Shown in pieces: positions 12,401 to 24,400 of a DNA stretch of 64,000 nt. The stretch lies in NCBI RefSeq assembly GCF_035084215.1, contig NC_090331.1:56730001-56794000 (forward strand), in the 5' to 3' direction. Source of the stretch: Heptranchias perlo (taxonomy: Eukaryota). The translations under genes were made by a program, and so were the position numbers. The number at the start of each line of letters is the position of its first letter. Position 1 is the first letter of the stretch. The notes beneath the pieces were generated by a model, which worked only from the letters and a program-made list of their open reading frames with translations, was not told the DNA's origin and made no database searches.

Positions 12401-15400
12401 GATGCTGTTAAGATATTATTTCTTGGCAATAAGGATAACTGTATCGTAACACATCCACATGTTTGCTTCCAGTGAGCAATGGCTGGAAAGTGCCTATTTT
12501 CAGTGCATGGTGAATATGCATATGCACCCAGAATCATAGGAATTCCCAAGTATGTGGCCATTTGACCAGTTGTGCTTGTGCTTCTGCCAGCTCCCCACAT
12601 CCCATGCATTACCACTGCATTCTTGGAAGAAGAAAGTACTGGCCAGAGCTGCCTCCATGTTTTACAAACTTAAGATGTTATGCTCCTACCCTCCAATTAT
12701 TTTGATTATATCATTAATAGTATTTTGAAATTTGCGCATAAAAATATGCAGACCACTTACCTATAGAGATCATTTAACAAGATGGAACAAAAATGGTTAC
12801 AGACCAAGATGCAGTTTTGGTACTATGAACAAACTATAAAAGTCTTTATGCACATGATGCATCTTCACTCTCCAAATTACATTTCAATTAATAATCTGTT
12901 ATTACAGCATCATCAGCTTAAGAACAATTTAACACTTGTACCATATTTACAAAACAAAAACAATACATAAGTTTATTTAGTATTGTGGCCAAAGGCACCT
13001 GGAATAAAACTTCAAAATGAGGAACTTTTGGCAGCATTTGAAACAAAGTGGTGATGGTACAGAGCACTGCAATGAACAGAGCTAGAATTAAATATTAATC
13101 TAAAATTTCTTTTCTACACAGTCTGAGATATGAAATACAGTTATTTCAGTATAAAACAGCAGTGGCTATCTAACTGCAAGAAGCAGTGATTTAAAATCAG
13201 AACCAGAATTTTACATTTTGTTTAATTTTTTTGTTTAAGAATTCGAAATTAAGATGCAACTTTCTCTTTTTTAAGAAAACTACCATGGCAAGCTCAGCAA
13301 GATGGGCTTGATCCGAGCAGTTACATGATCTGTGAGAACACATTTAAATCTTTGAACCCTGGGGTAGAACTTTTGACTCACAAAAAAAATACTATTGGCA
13401 GCTTGGGGCACTGCTAATGGTTAATCTAGCCATTGGCTAGTTGTTGTTCCAACCATCCAGTGTCAGCTATATGGCTCAGTGGACCTCCTCAGTCCCTTTC
13501 TGTACTTCAAGTTAAAGATTTCTAGGCAGCACTGATTAATCTTATTGCAGAAAGGGAACAAAGAAGTTGGAAAAGCCAAACAAAACATTATTAATAAGAG
13601 CATTTAGCATCCTTATATTGCTCACATAACAATGGCAATCCATTTCATATCTACCCCATACCTTGGATTGTTAGTTTGGCTTTGCAAGAGTCACTTCCAG
13701 CCTCATTTGTGGCTTTACATAGGTAATCACCGCTATCTGCTTTAGTAGCTGCTTTACTTTCTAGGGCAGCTGTACCATCCATGAAGCTTATGTTCAATTT
13801 TTCAGATGGTTTTATTTCTTTTCTGTCTTTAAACCATTGTATCTTAATTGGCTCAGATCCATGGAAATGACAACTAAGCTGCAAGATCTCTCCTTCGGTT
13901 ATTGTCATTGGTTTAAGTGGTATATCACAGACAGGAGGCTTTTTAAGCTCTAAAACAGCAAAAAAAAATAAATGTCAGTATTTAAAATGGAAAATCTGCC
14001 ATCATCAAACATCAGATCGAAGATTCTTTTAACTATTTATTTTACCCAGTCCATACCCCCTCCCCCTTTGAGGTTACCCGTTGCTGCATCCCATCATCAC
14101 ATTTCCTCTTTCATCCAGGAGAGTTTAGCAGTCTGTGCTGCATTGGACACTTCACATGTATGAACAGCAGAATCAGTAAGATGTGCTCTCTTAATGTTCA
14201 ACACTACTACATTATTTTTAAATGACATTTCATAATTTTCAGTTTGCAGGATCTCTTGTTCATCTTTGAACCAGTTTACAGACATTGGTTGTGAACCAGA
14301 AACACGAGCTTCAAGTTTTATAGATTTTCCTTATGTATCCTGCATTGTTTCAAGAGGTTTTTTAGTAAAGCTTGGTGGAATTTTACAATCTGTAACAGAC
14401 AGGTATAGCAACATGAGTTTAATATTACAAATACCCAAAAGATATAGATATATTTTTCATTTCTTCAGTGATGTTATGTTTCCACTAGAGAAATCCTTTA
14501 AAAAGTGCCTGGAGAAATGGGTGGTAGATGTCTAAAATGAAGAGCTGTTGATAAGGATTATAAAGAATTTCACCACCTTTGATGTTATTTTTCAGTTAAG
14601 ATTTGTTTTTAAATAATTGACTTTCCTAAATATTTTACTGGCAAAAGAAGAACTCCACACAGATAATATAACACAAACTGAACAAGTAACTAGAAAACAA
14701 TCATAATGAAGAAGCAAAACTAATAAGTAGCAAAACTAATAAGTAGCAACATTCTTCTTCCAAATGAATAAAGCTTCGCCTGGAATGCTGTACCAGAGGA
14801 AAAGAATAACTGACATTGAGCAATACCTTTTACAGTCACTTGTGTTTTGCAAGAGTCTTTTCCAATATCATTGCTGCCCTCACAGATGAACTGGCAAGAG
14901 TCTCCCTTGTCTGCTTTTAGAATTGTCAGGTGAGGTGTATTTTCCGCACAGGTTATCTTGTAATTGCCACTTGATCGGATCTCTTTGTCATCCTTCAGCC
15001 AAATGACTTTAATTGGGGGAGAGCCAATTAAATGGCATTCAAGTTCTACACTTTGCCCAGTGGTAACTTCCACTGGTTCTAGTTTTTTGTCAAATACAGG
15101 GGCAACTCTAGGCTCTAAAAATATAACAAGAAAGGATTATTTTCTGCTGTAATACTATCAATAGTAAAGTAATAGCATCTAGCAATGACATATAAAAGAA
15201 GCAGATATCAAAGTGTAAATATTACAGAATTAGGGTAAAAGATAATAAAGTCAAAAAGCTGAAGATAATAAGTGCATATTTAACCCAACAAACCTTTCAG
15301 AGTTAGTTTGGAATCACATGAAACATCTCCAACCATGTTGGAAGCTTTGCAAGTGTATTCACCAACATGATCCATCTCAATGTTAAGAATGTTAAGTGTT

Positions 15401-18400
15401 GCTTTGTTCTCTATGAAAGATATAATTAAGTTTTCTTCACTGACCAATTTCATCCCATCTTTAAACCAAGAAGTTTCAATGGGAGCTGAACCAGAAATAC
15501 AACACTCAAATGTCACTGGAAGACCAAGAGTTCCTTCCATATTCTTAATTTTTCTTGTGAAAGAAGGTGCAGATTTAAGTTCTGTAAAATAAAGAGTTAT
15601 GGAATGAGTTCATCAAAACTATGATTACACAGGAAATGATTTTTAACCACAACAAAAAGACTAAAATATCCTCACAACGAAATGTATGACATGCAGACAT
15701 ATATCAATCTGTTAAGCACAGACATTGATTAATCTGCCAAGCAATGTCACCTTGAACAGTAAGCATGGCCTTTGATGAACAGGCCCCTATTTCATTTGCA
15801 GCTTTGCATATATATTCCCCACTGTCGCTCATGGTTACTTTCTTCAGTTCCATTTTTGCAATGTTGTTCACAAACTCCATTTTGCAATTATGGGTGGCTC
15901 TCAGTTTTGTGTCTCCTTTGTACCAAGCCACTTTAATTTCAGGTGTTCCAGTGAGTGTACAGTCAAAAGATCCTGAGTCTCCTATTGTTATTTCCAGAGG
16001 CTCTAAATGTTGGACAATCGTTGGTGGTTCTAAGGTATAATCAATATATGTCAGCAATGAAAGAATATGCATGTATACACACACAAAAAGAAAGCAAAGA
16101 AACAGAATGTTGATGTAAAGTCAGTGACTGAAAGAAATCAAAAGTTAACAAACCTAATATTTTCACTTCAGCATGACAAGTGTCCCTTCCAGCATCATTT
16201 TCTACCTCACAATGGTATTTTGCACCATCGTCTCTAATACTGTTGAGAATTTCCAAAATACAAGATGTTTCAGTAGTAGTTATTAAATATTTTTCAGACT
16301 GGGATATTTCAAAACCATTCTTCTTCCAGATGACTTTGATTTCTGGGGTACCAGCGTATGTGCAGTCTAGACAAACTGACTTCCCCAGTACAACACTAGA
16401 ATCCTTCAATTTCTTCTGGAATACTGCTGGTTCTGATAAAGATACATATGAAAACAGTTGTCAAAAAAATCCTAACCACTCAAGCAAAATTTTAACTTAC
16501 ACAGATGTTCTGTTTTTTAATCTGTACTTTACAAACCTTTCACAGATAATTTTGTTGTACAGGAATCTTTGCCAGCTTCATTACTGACTTGGCAGATATA
16601 GTCTCCACTTTGGGAAGGTTCCACGTTTAGTAGCTCCAGTACTGCTGTTGAGTCACTTAAAGAAATTAGACATTTCCTTCCCATTACCAGTTCAGTGCTA
16701 CCTTTAAACCATTTCACTTTCAGTGGAACTGTTCCAGTAACAACGCTTAGAAATCTTGCTGTTGAACCAGGTAAAACTTCCTGAGGATCAGGTTTGCTCA
16801 CAAATGAGGGTGGTTCTAAAGGGGTCAAAGCAAAATGGTGTAATATAACATTAAGAACATAAGAACATAAGAAATAGGAGCGGGAGTAGGCCATATGGCC
16901 CCTCGAGCCTGCTCCGCTAGGAACATAGGAACAGGAGTAGGCCATTCAGCCCCTCGTGCCTGCTCCACCATTTGATAAGATCATGGCTGATCTGTGATCT
17001 AACTCCATATACCTGCCTTTGGCCCATATCCCTTAATACCTTTGGTTGCCAAAAAGCTATCTATCTCAGATTTAAATTTAGCAATTGAGCTAGTATCAAT
17101 TGCCGTTTGCGGAAGAGAGTTCCAAACTTCTACAACCCTTTGTGTGTAGAAATGTTTTCTAATCTCGCTCCTGAAAGGTCAGGCTCTAATTTTTAGACTG
17201 TGCCCCCTACTCCTAAAATCCCCACCAGCGGAAATAGTTTCTCTCTATCCACCCTATCTGTTCCCCTTAATATCTTATAAACTTCGATCAGATCACCCCT
17301 TAACCTTCTAAACTCTAGAGAATACAACCCCAATTTGTGTAATCTCTCCTTGTAACTTAACCGCTATTCAATAAGATCATGGCTGATCTTCGACCTCAAC
17401 TCCACTTTCCCGCCCTATCCCCATATCCCTTGATTCCCTTAGTGTCCAAAAATCTATCGATCTCAGTCTTGAATATACTCAATGACTGAGCATCCACAGC
17501 CCTCTGGAGTACAGAATTCCAAAGATTCACAACCTCTGAGTGAAGAAATTTCTCCTCCCCTCGACCCCTTGTCTTGAGACTATGATCCCTGGTTCCAGAC
17601 TCTCGAGCCAGGGAAAACAGCCTCTCAGCATCTATCCTATCAAGCCCTCTAAGAATTTTATTTGTTTCAATGAGATCACCTCTCATTATTCTAAACTCCA
17701 GAGAATATAGGCCCATTCTGTGCAATCTCTCCTCACAGGACAAGTCTCTCAGCCCAGGAATCAGTCTAGTGAACCTTTGTTGTACCCCCTCTAAGGCAAG
17801 TATATTCTTCCTTAGTAAGGCGACTAAAACTGTACATAGTACTCCAGGTGTGGTCTCACCAAAGCCCTATATAATTACAGCAAGACCTCCTTAATCTTAT
17901 ACTCCAATCCCCCTTGCAATAAAGGCTAACATACATTTGCCTTCCTAATTGCTTGCTGTACCTGCATCTTAACTTTAAGTTATAAATTTACTAGAGATTT
18001 AAATTTAAGACTAAAATACCTTAATTTTTTGCTCGAAATAAAAACAAAATCAGTTTTTCTCTTTTTTTCACAATTTTTACCCCTTTGTCACCTTCTTTCC
18101 TGACAGATAATCTGCAGATAATACCAGCCTTCCAGTACCTCACCCAAGTGGCCATTCTTAGTGTCTAAGTGTGGAAGGTCGGCATCAGCAGGCCATTTGA
18201 CCATGAAAATGATCATTGATGAGCCTGATTCTATCCTGATACAACACCCACATCTGTGCACTTTCAAGCTGGGGTCCCTTGAAAGTGACAGCAGGAATGC
18301 TGGTCGATATTTTCCCACTGCCTATCTGAGGACACGGAGGCCAATTGTAGTGCACCCGATCGCCGACTTACATCAAATTACATAAAATGTACAGCACAGA

Positions 18401-21400
18401 AACAGACCATCCGGCCTAACTGATCTGTGCTGGTGTTTATGCTCCATACAAGCCTCCTCCCACCCTACTTCATCTAACCCAATCAACATATTCTTCTGTT
18501 GCTTTCTCCCTCATGTGCTTATCTAGCTTCCTCTTAAATGCATCTTTGCTATTCGCCTCAACTACTCCTTATAGTATTGAGTTCCACATTCTAACCGCTC
18601 TCTGGGTAAAGAAGTTTCTCCTGAATTCCCTATTGGATTTATCAGTGACTATCTTATATTTATGGCCCCTAGTTCTGGTCGCCCTTGCAAGTAGAAACAT
18701 CTTTTCTATGTCTACCCTATCAAACCCTTTCATAATCTTAAAGACCTCTATCAGGTCACCCCTCAGTCTTTACTTTTCTAGAGAAAGGAGCTCCAGCCTG
18801 TTCAATCTTTTCAGAAAGGTACATCCTCTCAGTTCTGGTATCATCCTTGGAAATCTTTCTTGCAGACCTTTTTGCTATACAAGGCTCAGTGCCATGTCAC
18901 ATGGTAACATTTACACACTCGTAGACCAGTGGAGCACCAAACAAAAATCATTTGGAATACAGCAAATGATAAACATAATTTATATACAAAGAGAGTACAC
19001 AGGAGCAAGAAAAATACTGGTATCTTCATTAAGAAATAAACTGACCTTTCACAGTCAAGACACCACTGCATTCATCGCTTCCTGCAGCATTCGTTGCTTT
19101 ACATGTATAACTGCCGGCATCTGACATTGTCAATGTATTTACTTTCAAATCACATGTATTATCTCCAAATGCAAGATGATATTTTTCTCCGTGTACAATC
19201 TCCTGTCCATCTTTGAACCAAGACATAGTAATAGGTGGTGATCCTGACACCTTGCACTCCATTTGGATGGGAGAAGCCAAGATACCATCCATTTTCTTTA
19301 ACTTGCTTGTAAATGTTGGTGGAATAATTCGATCTGTTTAAGTTACACCAATAAACCATGATTATAAAGAGATTTGAAAAAAATATTTTAAAATCCTGAA
19401 GAAAACAGTATGAAGAAGAAAAAGCAGTAAACCAAACCTAGAACGCTGACTGATGCTTTGCAGCTGCTGCTACCGACATTATTCTGGACTTCGAAAGCAT
19501 ATTCACCACTGTCTGCCTGCACTGCAGACAGAATTTTTAGTCTGGCAATTTTGTTTAGAAAGCTGATCCTATATTTTATGCCAGATGCTAACTCTTGACC
19601 ATCTTTCAACCATTTCGCTTTTAGTTCTGGTGTACCTGTAACAATGCATTCCAAAGTTGCTGGATCTCCCGCAGTTACACTGATAGATTCTGCTTTTTCC
19701 ACTATTGTGGCAGGTTCTATAAGAAAAAAACCTCCATTTACAAAATATTCTTGATAAACACTGGCAAATAAAATAATAGTCTGTAATCCTCTCAAATATG
19801 AATTAAATTCTATAAACATCTAGTATATTGATATTAGGTTACTGACCCAGAACTACTACAGTAGCAGTGCATTCTTGCATTCCAGCATCATTTTTGATTT
19901 GGCAAGTATACTTTCCAGCATGAACTGGTTCTAATTTTGCAATATGTAAAGTAACAATGTTTTGTTCATAGGTAATAGTCATGTACTCATTATCTTTCAC
20001 TTCTTCCTTTTCCTTGATCCATGTTACATTAATTGGTTCTGAGCCTTTAATGGTAGATTGTAAAGTTACAGACTCTCCAGGCACAGAAGAAATGTCTGAA
20101 AGTTTCTTCACAAATGCTGGTGGCTCTGAAGAATTAAAGAAATATTCCTTTCATGTGAAACATAACCTTAAAGAAATGTTTTCCTAAAATTATAACAACA
20201 GTAAAATTTAAATGTACAATTTGGAAAATTTACCAACCTTTTAGATTTAAGGTGCCAATACAATTGTCACTTCCCACATCATTCTTGGCCATGCACATGT
20301 ATTCCCCTCTGTCTGGCGTCTCTACTTTAAGAATATGAAGACCTGCTACATGGTTTTCATAAGTAATTTTATACTTTTTACTTGCTCGGATTTGCCTTTT
20401 GTCTTTATACCAGGTAACTTCAAAAGGAGATGTACCACTGAATTCACACTGCAGTATGACATCAGAGCCTTTCAGTACATCAACTGCCTCAAGTGTTTTA
20501 CTGAAAATAGGAGGTTCTGTAAGAAGATCATAATTTGTCTCATTTATGCATTCATGAAGAAAAGATACTTGCTTTATAACTTTGACAGACTTTTATATAT
20601 GCATCTGAAAAAAGCTACCTACCTTTGACTGCAACAGCTACACTGCAACTGACACTGCCAGCTTCATTTTGAGCTTCACAAATGTAATCACCGCTATCTT
20701 CCAAATCAGCATCAATAATTTCAAGAACTGCTACAGAATTATCAAAATGCATTTTGTATTTGTTACCAGCACTAATTTCAGCATCATTCTTGAACCATGA
20801 AACCTTGATTTCAGGCGTGCCAATCACTTTGCACTCAAAATGTGCTGATTCACCCTTCTTCAGTACTTTGGATGGTTCCAGCTTCTGAATGAAAGATGGG
20901 AGCTCTGGGAAACCAAAATAGAGTACATTTAGTGCCAGGGTTACAGGAATGTTACATTTTGGAATAATTGGAATTGTGAAATATGTGGAAAGAAGTGGAC
21001 AAAGTAAAAATTGCATAAGAGAATGTTATAAATTCTTTTAAAAAGACAAATTATAAATCAATTATAATTTTTTTAATGTTATAGATAATAAAAAGCATAC
21101 AATAGAATTGTTGTAATGAAGAGTATAAGATGATAATATATCCTTGAGGCAATGAAGAGTATAAGAAACTAATATAGAATTGATGTGATAAAGAATATAA
21201 GATAACATACAATTGATGTCATGATGAACACAATATGTTAACATAGAACACAGATAAGAAAGAAGATTCGAATATACTGAGAATACTCAGCAACTTAAAG
21301 ACATTAACAACAAATAAAAGACAAACAAGATGCTGATAACATATACCAACACAACATAAAAAATGCACACCTGTCACAAACAATTTTGCTGTGCAAGTAT

Positions 21401-24400
21401 CTGTGCCAACATCATTGGTGACGTGGCAAGTATAGTATCCTGTATTAGAATGTTTTACTGAGTACAGTTGTACAAAACTGGATGAACCTTCCGTCACAAT
21501 GCAACATGTAGCATCAGAATTTAGTTCCTTGTCATCCTTAAACCATTTGAAAGACAGGGGAGGTGTTCCTTTCACATCACTCTTGAACTGTACTGCAGAA
21601 TAGGGGGGCACCTCCTGTGACAATGGTTTTACTATAAATCTTGGTGGTTCTAAAATTCATTGAAGAAAAAATATATTTGTCGCAATAAAGAGCACATATA
21701 AAAAGATTCATCAACTTTTGTGTTATAAACTACATAACTAATAAATTCAGAGTAATTATTTCAAACTTTCAAGAAATTCTGGCAAGGTTAAAATATGATA
21801 TGACTGACAAGTACCATGTTAAGAAATTGAGCAGAAACAGTAAGACAATATTTCAAACCTTTCACAGTTAGTGTGCCACTGCATTCATCACTTCCTGCTA
21901 CATTTGATACTCTGCAAGTATAAATTCCACCATCTGCGATTTCTAGTTGATTAATCTCCAAAGATGAAGCGTTATCTCGCTGTGATAGTTTATATTTGTT
22001 ACTATCTGATATCTCTTTCCCATCCTTATACCAATCAATGCTCATTGGAAGAGAAGCAGATACTTTGCACTCCATGGACATGAAAGACCCTAATACAGAG
22101 CCCGTATCCTTTAATTTTTTCGTAAATGTTGGAGCAACTAATCGATCTGTACAATACAGAGCACAACCTGTAAGCTTAAAGTGTAAAAGTAGCCTAAAAC
22201 ACCTGCTTTGTTTTCATGCTTTAACTGCAATCCTTTTCACATCCAAATCTCTCAATACATTTAAAATACTAACCTAATACTGTCAAGGAAGCTTTGCAGC
22301 TGTCGACTCCAAACTCATTCTGGACCTCAAAAGTATATTCACCACTACTCGCCTTCTCTACGGATAGAATCTTTAGACTGGCCATGTTTTTCTCAAAGGT
22401 CAATTTGCATTTTCTGCTGGATGTGAGCTCCTTTCCATCCTTAAACCATTTAACTTTTAGGTCTGGTGTACCAGCTACAGTACATTCCAAAATTGCTGGA
22501 TTTCCTACAGTTACACTGCATGATTTTATTTCCTCAACAATTTTTGCAGATTCTGTTAAGAAAAAATACTCTGCTGAGTAATGTTGTCAGTATGTTTAAT
22601 ATTTTAATGTGGCCTTCTTTTTCACATTAGTATGATAAACAAATATGAATTTGGCAGTAACTGACTTTTACATGTTAGTCAATCATGTTTCCTACCAACC
22701 TGTTACTATCAACGTAGCAAAACATTTCTCAATCCCTGCATCATTTTTGGCCTGACAGATGTATTTCCCACCATGTTTTTCTTCAACAGTTGTAATTTGT
22801 AGGATAGAAATATTGTTTTCAAAAGAAATTGCTGTGTTATCATCTTCTTTGATATCATCATTATCTTTCATCCAACTTATCGATAAAGGTTGTGAGCCTT
22901 TTACAAGGCATTGAAATATAGTAGAATTTCCAGCAATTGTTGTAACATTTTCAATCTTCCTTATAAATGATGGGGGTTCTGGTTCAAGGTAAATAGGCAT
23001 ACAAATAAATATGAGTAATTTGCTCTGTCCTCTTTAATGATTATAATAAAATGGCAATACATACTGTATTTGGAACTATTCCCTAAAATGTCAACATTAC
23101 ACGTTAGCTGCTAAAACTGTGCTATGTGATGAAGGTAAAAGTATTTTCTTATTACAATGTAACTAACCTTTTAAATTGACACCACAACTGCAGGAGCAGC
23201 TTCCCACATCATTTGTTACTATGCATTTATAGTCACCGACGTCTGAAACATCCAACTTCAAAATATGAAGACTAACTAAAGAGTTCTTAGTGAGCATCTT
23301 GTATTTTTCACTAGATGGAATTTGTTTATTGTCCTTATACCACATAACGTCAAAGGGACCTGTGCCAGCCATCTCACATTCAAGAGTGACACCACTGGCT
23401 TTTACTACCTCAGCAGATTGAAGTTTCCTTCTAAAACTGGGAGGTTCTATAAAGTAATCACAATAAAGAAATCCAAATCAACCAAAAAGCAGAAACTAAC
23501 AGTATCCCTCCTCAAGAAACTAACATATATATTTTGTTACCAAATTAAAGAAGACATTATTACAGACCTTTAACTTCAACTTCACTGCTGCAGCTGTCAC
23601 TACCAGCTTCATTCCGTGCTTCACAGATGTAGCATGAACTGTCATCCAAAATAACATCAATAATCTCAAGAACTGCCACGGAACTATCAAATGACATCAT
23701 ACACTTGTCACTGGCTATAATTTCATGGCCGTTTTTGTACCAAGTAACTCTGATTTCAGGTGTGCCAGTTACAATGCACTCAAAACGTGCTGAGACTCCT
23801 TTCTTTAGTATTGTTGAAGAATCTAGCTTTTTAATGAAGCTAGGAGGTTCTAGAAGCCAAAATATTACAAACTTCAATATACATTTAAAGGATAATCAAA
23901 AGCAATTCAAACTAATATTTAGATATAAATAATTGGCTACATAACATTTACAGACTAAATTTATAATTTTTTTAAAAACTTAGTTTAAAACTCAAATAGA
24001 GCTCTGTGTATGGTAAAGTAAACTGCATTTCCTTTTTCATATGCTATCGGGTTCCGTAATTGCTGCCTCCACCAAAATAGTTCTTCCTTCCATAGGAGGG
24101 GTGGGGCATTGTCGGCTGTGAAAGTCCTCAAAATTGACATCATTATAAGTTTACGATCAGATGATACCAATCAATTTTAGTGAGACTGTTGGTTTTGCCA
24201 ATTCTTCTTTGAATGGAGACAGAATTCTCCACCACTACATGATGCTCCACCAAGCAGTTAATGATAAATCATCGAGTCTAACTGTGAGACCAGACTTGAA
24301 TGCCAGACGATTATCACTGCCCCCTCTCCCTGGTTGGGAGTGTGAAGTTCTACCACTAGAGTTCACCAACCATCAAATAAACAAATTGTTGTTTCCAAAC

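Larger units (their letters stand above)
6560..12620 (-). mobile_element. Highly decayed L1-clade ORF2 relic, split by later insertions (pieces ~12162-12620, 8205-8440, 7340-7830, 6560-7142)
   Basis: Colinear residual motifs [43 protein letters not shown] and WHFLK resemble the C-terminal half of fish L1 ORF2 (recognised from memory). Confidence 0.55.

Noticed and set aside
20238-20516. Ig exon missing from the ORF track, suspected pseudo-exon
   Set aside because: Hand translation gives an intact 279-nt frame; it merely lacks an early start codon.
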